Positions 17,271 through 24,564 of a stretch of 45,590 nt of DNA are shown one piece after another. Source of the DNA: Bacteriovoracaceae bacterium (GTDB lineage: Bacteria > Bdellovibrionota > UBA2428); contig CANIGN010000001.1 in assembly GCA_947467125.1 (NCBI GenBank), positions 1 to 45,590 on the forward strand. The letters are read 5' to 3'. Position 1 is the first letter of the stretch. The number at the start of each line of letters is the position of its first letter. Position numbers and translations under genes: made by a program. The notes under the pieces are model-generated. The model saw only the letters and a program-made list of their open reading frames with translations. It was not told the origin of the DNA and did no database searches.

Positions 17271-19544
17271 ATGCCTCGTAAAAATAAAAAAGGTGCTCGT
17301 GGAGCGCAACGTAAGTCACATCTTGTACGCGAACTCGACAAGATCAACGCTCACAAAAAAAACAAAAAACATTCAAAAGGCTCGAGCGGACAATTACCTC
17401 GCGAACAATCAGCTGGCGGACAATCTTCAAGCGGAAACGCAACAAGCAAACACTCCAGCTCTCATGCCTCTGGTCAGCACTCAAAAAAACCACTCCCATT
17501 TAAGAAAGGGGAGTCACATTCGCACAATGAAAAACGAAATCAGCACAGCGCGCCTTCTCATGGCAGCAGGCACGCACCCAGTAGCAAACACACAGGCCTC
17601 GTAACAGGCAGACTCGACATTCACCCAAACGGATTTGCGTTCGTCGTTCCTGACAATCCTGAAATCTCTCACATCTACATTCCTCAAAGTGACTTTCGTG
17701 AATACATGCACCGAGACAAAGTCGAAGCACGTATCACACGAAGCTTTAAAGACGGAAAAGTTTCGGGAGTTCTCGTCTCTGTTGTTAAAAGACAGCAAGA
17801 GGAGTTTATTGGAGTTATTCGTATTTTTGCAGGTGGAAGCTGGATCATTCCTTACGATTCTCGAGATCGTCATCTCACTTTTGAAATTGCAAGCGTTGCC
17901 AAAAATGTAGAGCTCAAAAACAATCACACTGTTTTGTGCAAAGTTCTAGACTATCCCACTAAAAGTCGTGGCAAAGTTGAAGTCATTCAAAGCGTGGACG
18001 ATGTTGAAAAAGCGAGTAACGATACACTTAGGATTGTTGTTCAAGCAGCATGGCCTCGAGAGTTTTCGGAAAAAGCCAAAAGCGAAGCTCAAGACGCCGC
18101 ACAAAACTGGGAAAAACGTTTTGGAAAAGAACTCAAAGACCTCACCCATATTCCCTTTGTCACCATCGACGGAAGTGACGCACGCGACTTCGACGATGCT
18201 GTGTATGCAACAGAAGCCAATGGAAACTTTGAGCTTTGGGTTGCGATTGCAGACGTCTCACGTTTTGTGATTCAAAAGACACAACTCGACGAAGAGGCTT
18301 TTGCTCGCTCCACAAGTGTTTACTTTCCCGATCACGTCGTTCCGATGCTTCCCGAAGTTTTGTCGAATGGCATTTGTTCGCTGAACCCGAAAGAAAAAAG
18401 ACCGGCTTTGGGTTGCAAAATAATCGTCGACCAAAGAGGTGAAACTCTTAGCTACGAGTTTTATGAAGCCATTATTTTTAGCCACAAACGTATGACCTAT
18501 GAAGAGATGGAAGACTGGCTCGAAAACAAAAGTCGTGGAGACTATGAAGACAAGCTCAACAAAAGTTTCACTTGTCTTCAAAAACTCACAGAAAAGTTTT
18601 TAGAACGCAGAAAACGCCAAGGAGGACTCGACCTTGATATTCCAGAAGCCCGAGTTTTCATGAATAAAGATGGAACGGTTCGGGACATTCAGCTCCGCAA
18701 TCGTTTGCACTCACATCGTTTGATCGAAGAATGTATGTTGGCAGCCAACCGAGCAACAGCATCCTTTCTCCACAAACAAGGGCCCGCTCTTTTTCGCGTT
18801 CACGAAAAACCAAATCCAAAAAAAGTTGAAGATCTATACTCATTTATTTCTTTGATCGGAATTCCTCCTCCTGGAAACCTTGAAACTACCAATGATTTTT
18901 TTGATTTGATTGAATCGATCAAAAAAGACACAGAGCTTGAAGACTCCAAGAAACGTGCTCTCAACTCTCAAGTTTTGAGAAGCTTAGCTCAAGCTCGATA
19001 CTCAAAAGATCCTCTTGGTCATTTTGCACTCAACGAAAAAGACTACACTCATTTCACATCTCCTATTCGTCGATACCCCGACCTTGTTGTGCATAGACTT
19101 GTAAGAGCCCACTTAGAGAAAAAAGCCCTTCCTCACGAAGACGATCTCGAAGCTGTTGCTCGTCACACATCTGACTGCGAACGCCAAGCCGTTGATATGG
19201 AAAGAAAAGTCATCGACATTAAAAAATGTCGTTACGTGGAAAAACATCTTGGCGAAGTCTTTAAATGTTTTGTTTCGGGACTCTCTGAAAAAGGACTCTT
19301 CTGCCAAATTCAAGATCACTTTGTGGATGGTCTTTTGGATGCAGAGTTTCTTGCTCGACGCTCTTTCTTTTTTGATGGCAGCCTTGCATACCGTGGACCG
19401 CAACACGCACAACTCACTTTTGGGTCAGAGCTTATTTTAAGACTCGACAAAGTGGATTGCATTCAAGGTCGAATAAATTTTGGATGGCCGGAAGAAGAAA
19501 ATTCAGACAAAAAGAATAAAAAAAGTGTTAATTTAGATGTATGA
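17271..19544 (+). CDS. rnr: Ribonuclease R (RNB family)
   Basis: HPNGFAFV cold-shock domain, TIDGSDARDFDDA catalytic motif, YTHFTSPIRRYPDLVVHR, C-terminal S1 domain. Confidence 0.93.
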   Translation: MPRKNKKGARGAQRKSHLVRELDKINAHKKNKKHSKGSSGQLPREQSAGGQSSSGNATSKHSSSHASGQHSKKPLPFKKGESHSHNEKRNQHSAPSHGSRHAPSSKHTGLVTGRLDIHPNGFAFVVPDNPEISHIYIPQSDFREYMHRDKVEARITRSFKDGKVSGVLVSVVKRQQEEFIGVIRIFAGGSWIIPYDSRDRHLTFEIASVAKNVELKNNHTVLCKVLDYPTKSRGKVEVIQSVDDVEKASNDTLRIVVQAAWPREFSEKAKSEAQDAAQNWEKRFGKELKDLTHIPFVTIDGSDARDFDDAVYATEANGNFELWVAIADVSRFVIQKTQLDEEAFARSTSVYFPDHVVPMLPEVLSNGICSLNPKEKRPALGCKIIVDQRGETLSYEFYEAIIFSHKRMTYEEMEDWLENKSRGDYEDKLNKSFTCLQKLTEKFLERRKRQGGLDLDIPEARVFMNKDGTVRDIQLRNRLHSHRLIEECMLAANRATASFLHKQGPALFRVHEKPNPKKVEDLYSFISLIGIPPPGNLETTNDFFDLIESIKKDTELEDSKKRALNSQVLRSLAQARYSKDPLGHFALNEKDYTHFTSPIRRYPDLVVHRLVRAHLEKKALPHEDDLEAVARHTSDCERQAVDMERKVIDIKKCRYVEKHLGEVFKCFVSGLSEKGLFCQIQDHFVDGLLDAEFLARRSFFFDGSLAYRGPQHAQLTFGSELILRLDKVDCIQGRINFGWPEEENSDKKNKKSVNLDV

Positions 19545-21211
19545 CCGTCATCGCTAGAGCCCTGCAAATTCGCCGCGGGCTTTCAAACGTGGGACGCATG
19601 CGTGAAATTTCAGCAGCCGTTTCACGTTACGGTTTTGGAGAACTTTTTAACCGACTCGGGATTACACGATCAAAACAAATTCTTGAAGACGGACAAATAA
19701 ATATTCTTTCAGCACCCGAACGATTACGGATGCTTCTCGAAAACCTTGGGCCAACCTTCATTAAGATTGGTCAACTCGCAGCGGGCCGTCCCGACCTGAT
19801 TCCTCCCGAATTTCTTGTAGAGCTTGAAAAACTTCAAGATCGCGTGGAAGCCATTCCCTACCCAATCATTAAAAACCTCGTAGAGGAAAACTTTCGAAGA
19901 AAGCTTGAAGATGTTTTCTCAAGTTTCGATCCTCTCCCCCTCGCTTCTGCAAGCATCGCTCAGGTTCACACTGCACGCACTTTATCTGGGGAAGATGTCA
20001 TCGTTAAAATTCAAAAGCCTGACGTCGAACGAATCCTTAATAAAGATTTTGAAATCTTAATTTTGATTGCCGAACTTGCAGAATCAACTTTTCAAGAACT
20101 TCGCCCTTTTCACATAGTCAATATCGTCAAAGAATTCAGAAGACTGATTCTCCAAGAAATAGATTTTCAACGTGAAAGCCAAAACATCAAACGCTACAGG
20201 GAAAACTTTTCATCTTCTGACTTTCTTGTGATTCCCAGAGTTTTCGATGAGTACTCAAGCAAAAAAATAATCACGCTCGAACGCATTCAAGGTTTTCGAA
20301 TTACTGAGGTTGATCAGTACGCACGCTACAACATTGATCCCAAAGTTGTTCTCAAAAAAGGCCTCGATCATCACATGCAATCCCTTATGGTGTATGGCCT
20401 TTTTCATGCCGATCCTCATGGTGGAAACATGCTTGTTATGCACGATGGACGCCTCGCACTGCTGGACTTTGGATCGGTAGGCTGGCTTTCTCCTCGTAGT
20501 CGAAACTCTTTGATCAATCTTTTTTTAGCTCTTGTTTCTGAAGATTACGAAGCCCTCATTGACGAGTATCTCGAAATTAGTCCACACAACGGCAACAACC
20601 ACAGCAGCGAAGCACGCGAAGCTCTCACTCGTGAAGCGACTTACATTATGGCGCCTTACTTTGGGACAAGCCTCAAAAATATTCCTGCCGCAAAATTGAT
20701 GCTCGAAGTTTCAAGTCTCGCCTTTAAGTACCACATTCAACTTCCACAAGATTTGATTGCAGTTTTCAAAAGCAATATGACTCTCGAAGGAATCGGACGC
20801 ACACTCGACCCGGATTTTGACCTCTTAGCAAGTGCTCTCAAATTTGCAAAAAATGTTTTGCGAAATAAGCTTCAACCCCAAAGCTTGATGCGTTCTTTTG
20901 TTCGAAGCTCACGAGATGTGCAACGTTTTGCGCAAAAAGCTCCCCGCCTTGGACTTGAAATCATGCGGCAAATTGAAGCAGGGCAACTCGAAGTGAAACT
21001 CAAAAACTCAGAATGGGATAAGTTTGAAAACCTTGAAAGATCCAAACAAGGAACTTTTATTCTTTCCATTATTTTTATTGGTTCCGTAATCCTCTGCGGA
21101 AACCTCTTAACAACCACTCAATTTGTCGATAGCAATCTTCTACGAATTGGAGAATCCTTTGCTCTTGTCTCTTTAGCGTTTTTAATTCTCAAATTTTTCA
21201 AAAAAGATTAA
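19541..21211 (+). CDS. ubiB: UbiB/AarF (ABC1) atypical kinase family protein
   Basis: LGPTFIKIGQ, ASASIAQVH, VKIQ, FHADPHGGN, LDFG; C-terminal TM helices. Confidence 0.88.
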   Translation: MTVIARALQIRRGLSNVGRMREISAAVSRYGFGELFNRLGITRSKQILEDGQINILSAPERLRMLLENLGPTFIKIGQLAAGRPDLIPPEFLVELEKLQDRVEAIPYPIIKNLVEENFRRKLEDVFSSFDPLPLASASIAQVHTARTLSGEDVIVKIQKPDVERILNKDFEILILIAELAESTFQELRPFHIVNIVKEFRRLILQEIDFQRESQNIKRYRENFSSSDFLVIPRVFDEYSSKKIITLERIQGFRITEVDQYARYNIDPKVVLKKGLDHHMQSLMVYGLFHADPHGGNMLVMHDGRLALLDFGSVGWLSPRSRNSLINLFLALVSEDYEALIDEYLEISPHNGNNHSSEAREALTREATYIMAPYFGTSLKNIPAAKLMLEVSSLAFKYHIQLPQDLIAVFKSNMTLEGIGRTLDPDFDLLASALKFAKNVLRNKLQPQSLMRSFVRSSRDVQRFAQKAPRLGLEIMRQIEAGQLEVKLKNSEWDKFENLERSKQGTFILSIIFIGSVILCGNLLTTTQFVDSNLLRIGESFALVSLAFLILKFFKKD

Positions 21212-21253
21212 AGAATTTCATCCTGCTTCTTAGTTTTTTGCGCGTTGCGCTAT

Positions 21254-21282
21254 TAGACACACGCAAAGGACTGGTCTATTAA
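21254..21282 (+). promoter_or_regulatory. Putative sigma70-type promoter of ilvE, leaderless geometry
   Basis: TAGACA-17 nt-TATTAA, then 6 nt to the ATG at 21289; no Shine-Dalgarno at normal spacing. Confidence 0.45.
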
Positions 21283-21288
21283 AAAATC

Positions 21289-22344
21289 ATGAAAATCCTC
21301 AATGAGTTGCTCCCCGTTGAAGAGTTAGGATTTGGCCTTTACTTTGCGCCTCTCAAGGCAAGCTCTCATTACTCAAAAGGAAAATGGGGTCCCACAGAAT
21401 ACTCAAGCGACCTCACCATGCGCATCGGCTCAAGTGCAAAAGTCTTGCATTATGCCCAAGAAATTTTTGAAGGCATGAAAGCTTTTCGCCAAGTTGACGG
21501 AAGCGTTGCTTTCTTTCGACCTCATGCAAACTGGGCACGCCTTAACTATTCTGCGCGCTTGATGGCCATGCCCGATTTTCCAGAAGCTGAATTCATGGAA
21601 ATGATTTCTAAAATGGCTAAACAACTCGATCACCTTGTTCCAGCAAAACCTGGAGCACTTTATTTTCGCCCCACTATGATTGGAACAAGTGAATCATTGG
21701 GTGTTGCGACTTCCGAAGAGTTTGAATTTTTTGTTCTCGCCTCTCCTGCTGGAGGATATTTCAAAGATGTGTCTTCAGATAAGCCTGTCTCAGTGAAAAT
21801 AAAAGTGAGCGATAAATACACACGCGCGGCTCCCGGAGGCACGGGTAGCGCTAAGACTGGCGGCAACTATGCAGCGAGCCTCAGAGCCATTCTTGAAGCT
21901 AAAAATGAAGGATTTTCAAACGTCCTTTTTCTTGATGCTCGTGAAAAATCTAACATTGAAGAACTGGGTGGAATGAATTTCTTTGTTGTCGATCAAGGCA
22001 AACTCAAAACACCTCCCCTTGGAGATACAATCCTTGCCGGAATCACCCGTGACAGTATCCTTCGCCTTGCAAAAGCCTTAGATATTCCGTGCAGCGAAGA
22101 AGAGCTTTCCATCTACGATGTTGCAGATAAAATTAAGCAAGGAAAAATTACCGAAGCCTTTGCCTGCGGAACAGCTGCGACGATTTCTTCCATTTCTCAA
22201 CTGGGCTGGAAGAATGAAACTTTAAATCTTGGATCAAGCTCTGAAGCGGGTCCTGTTTCTACGCTTTTATACAAAACCCTGACTGATATCCAACATGGAA
22301 AAAGCAAAGCTCCCGAGAGCAACTGGATTTATCCCGTTCGTTAA
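21289..22344 (+). CDS. ilvE: Branched-chain amino acid aminotransferase
   Basis: LHYAQEIFEGMKAF, LYFRP, AKTGGNYAASL (PLP Lys), EELGGMNFF, ILAGITRDS, FACGTAA. Confidence 0.95.
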   Translation: MKILNELLPVEELGFGLYFAPLKASSHYSKGKWGPTEYSSDLTMRIGSSAKVLHYAQEIFEGMKAFRQVDGSVAFFRPHANWARLNYSARLMAMPDFPEAEFMEMISKMAKQLDHLVPAKPGALYFRPTMIGTSESLGVATSEEFEFFVLASPAGGYFKDVSSDKPVSVKIKVSDKYTRAAPGGTGSAKTGGNYAASLRAILEAKNEGFSNVLFLDAREKSNIEELGGMNFFVVDQGKLKTPPLGDTILAGITRDSILRLAKALDIPCSEEELSIYDVADKIKQGKITEAFACGTAATISSISQLGWKNETLNLGSSSEAGPVSTLLYKTLTDIQHGKSKAPESNWIYPVR

Positions 22345-22363
22345 ATAAGTGAATTAGAAACGT

Positions 22364-22390
22364 TAAAGTTTTATAAAATTTTAACGAAAA
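22364..22390 (+). promoter_or_regulatory. Putative sigma28 (FliA)-type promoter within a 26-bp near-perfect palindrome
   Basis: TAAAGTTT-N11-AACGAAAA versus consensus TAAAGTTT-N11-GCCGATAA; 7 nt before the GTG at 22398. Confidence 0.4.
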
Positions 22391-22397
22391 GATCTTT

Positions 22398-23219
22398 GTG
22401 GCAAAAGCTTTTCCGAAAGTAGCTCTTTTGCTCGCAGCAATTCTTTCTCAAGGCGCAAACAACTCTCTCCTGGCTCAATCTACATCCCAGTTAAATGAAG
22501 CAAACTGCATCCAGCACTTAAGAAACAACAATCTTCTATCCAAAGACCTTTATAAAAGATTAGGCCTTTCTAAAAACTCATCACAAGAAGATGTCAAAAA
22601 AGCTTTTCGCTTGCTTATCACAAAAGTACATGGAGACACTGGCTACGAAACGCCAGGAAACGACCCTGGACTAGAGCACAGAAATTTAAACGAAGCCTAC
22701 GAAACGTTAAATAACCCCGACAAACGGCGTAGTTACGACCTTCTCAATCCTGAGAGTGGACACAGAACGACTCAGCCCCAAACAAATACCTCAGAAGCTA
22801 GAAACAAAACACAGAGAGATAAAACTGAGAAAGACCAAGCTGAACGCAGCAAGAAAGAAAGCAAAGAAGAAAGAATTCGCAAAATTCTTCATCAATTTCC
22901 ATTCCAAAATCTTTCGAATGATCCTGCAATTAAAAAATCATTTCAAAAACATTCTCATACGATCGACTTATCATACGACCCCTTAGAAGGAATTCTTTTT
23001 TTTCTCGAAGGGTACAATAGAGACATGATGAGATTCAAAGGCCTGGAAGCACGACCATCCAATCAGGAAGGACAGAGAGAGATCCTCAAAGCAATTGTCA
23101 GAAAATATCTCCCTGAGCTTCTCGAAAAAAAATCAATCTACGACTTAGATATTTTAAGTGAAAAATTAGAATTGCTCGATCCCGAACTTTCAGAGGCTCT
23201 AAGGCTACCCTTAAATTAA
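22398..23219 (+). CDS. Signal-peptide-bearing J-domain (DnaJ-like) protein with HGD variant
   Basis: DLYKRLGLSKNSSQEDVKKAFRLLITKVHGD...LNEAYETLNNPDKRRSYD; hydrophobic N-terminus. Confidence 0.85.
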   Translation: MAKAFPKVALLLAAILSQGANNSLLAQSTSQLNEANCIQHLRNNNLLSKDLYKRLGLSKNSSQEDVKKAFRLLITKVHGDTGYETPGNDPGLEHRNLNEAYETLNNPDKRRSYDLLNPESGHRTTQPQTNTSEARNKTQRDKTEKDQAERSKKESKEERIRKILHQFPFQNLSNDPAIKKSFQKHSHTIDLSYDPLEGILFFLEGYNRDMMRFKGLEARPSNQEGQREILKAIVRKYLPELLEKKSIYDLDILSEKLELLDPELSEALRLPLN

Positions 23220-24439
23220 GCGCTTAAAGTAAGCGCCTCACGAGCCTTAAACCAACTGGTTGAATAACCTTTGTCAGCATACTTTTCAGCAAAAGAAGTT
23301 ACCTTAAGAGGCTCAAAAAAAGTATCCAACATGACTGCCAAGCGATCGCTCATCTTACCGCGATCAGCGAGTGATTTTTCTGCAGCATTTCCGTGAGGAG
23401 AATGAGGGCAAGCAGAAGGATGAAAAGTCATTGTCCCTTCTCGTAAAACACTTTTACGTGCGCCATAATTTACGTTGCTAAAAAACATCATCTCATCACT
23501 GTCCACGTTAAAGTGTGCATAAGGAGCGGCCACGTCGCGAGGATCCCACCCCTCAGGCTGACCCACAAAAGAGCAAATCGAAAATCCAAAATAAGGTGCT
23601 TGGCCAGACTGAAAAGTTTGGTGAGCAGGCGGAGCGGAGTGAATCGCTCGAGCAATTCCATGATGTTTTGAAATATCGAATGTATAGGGATACAAAGCAC
23701 CTTCCCATCCACAGACGTCAAAGGGATGATGTCCCATGACCATTTCCGTAAGATGACCACCATTGTGTTGAACGTAAACCAAGAACTCTCCTTCTTGATC
23801 AACGGGCGCAGTCAATTCTGGCAAAGACACTTCCGTTTCAACAATAGGAGCGACCATCAAAGCCTGACCGCTTGTGTTCATATAGTGAGGAGGCCATTCA
23901 ATTAAAAACTTAGACTCTACGGTCAACAACCAAAGCTTTTCACTTTTTAAATCAATCCGATAAGTCGTTCCCTTAGGGACAATCACATAATGATTTTTTC
24001 GAAATGGTAATTCACCATACTCTGAAGAAAGTACCCCTTCACCTTCTTGAACGAAAAAGATTTCATGTCCCTCTCCATTTCGAAAGAATTTATTTTGAGG
24101 AAAACTTTCTTTAACCTTGATGACTCCAATTTTTGTAGAAGGTCCCCACATCAAACAGTGTCGTGCAGAGAGAGCATTTCCTTCATAAGGAATGTCGCCT
24201 GTGTGAATCAAATACGGGTGAAGAGTTTTATCATCACTTTCTTGAGGAATAAGGTGAAAAGAAGATACTTTTGGAGCCGCTTTCACCTCAGTCGGATACT
24301 TACGCACATGCATTTTTCGAGACCACGGTCCACTAAAGCCAAAAGATCCATGAATTTCTTCGAGAGAAAGAACACCAGGAATATAATAAAACTCTGTGTG
24401 AGGAGTTGTAGGGAGGGTCCCTCTTTTTGCGATAATCAT
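23216..24439 (-). CDS. hmgA: Homogentisate 1,2-dioxygenase
   Basis: HGSFGFSG, HHPFDVCGWEG, HSAPPAHQTF, PYAHFNVDSDE, HSPHG, AVMLDT. Start set at MIIAKRG (24439). Confidence 0.9.
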   Translation of the reverse strand: MIIAKRGTLPTTPHTEFYYIPGVLSLEEIHGSFGFSGPWSRKMHVRKYPTEVKAAPKVSSFHLIPQESDDKTLHPYLIHTGDIPYEGNALSARHCLMWGPSTKIGVIKVKESFPQNKFFRNGEGHEIFFVQEGEGVLSSEYGELPFRKNHYVIVPKGTTYRIDLKSEKLWLLTVESKFLIEWPPHYMNTSGQALMVAPIVETEVSLPELTAPVDQEGEFLVYVQHNGGHLTEMVMGHHPFDVCGWEGALYPYTFDISKHHGIARAIHSAPPAHQTFQSGQAPYFGFSICSFVGQPEGWDPRDVAAPYAHFNVDSDEMMFFSNVNYGARKSVLREGTMTFHPSACPHSPHGNAAEKSLADRGKMSDRLAVMLDTFFEPLKVTSFAEKYADKGYSTSWFKAREALTLSA

Positions 24440-24446
24440 GGAGGCG

Positions 24447-24475
24447 AGATTAAGGCGCCGACAACATTCTGCCAA
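24447..24475 (-). promoter_or_regulatory. Putative sigma70 promoter of hmgA, leaderless geometry
   Basis: TTGGCA-17 nt-TAATCT, then 7 nt to the ATG at 24439; no Shine-Dalgarno. Confidence 0.55.
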
Positions 24476-24564
24476 GCCCCTTTCTAAGCACAAAAATGTT
24501 TTTTTCATCTTTTGTGAACCAAAACTTAACAATCAAGTCCCTCAAAAAAGCTTAAAATCATTAC

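Noticed and set aside
24440..24532. N-terminal extension of hmgA in the ORF track
   Set aside because: It does not resemble the family and spans the predicted promoter; ATG 24439 fits better.
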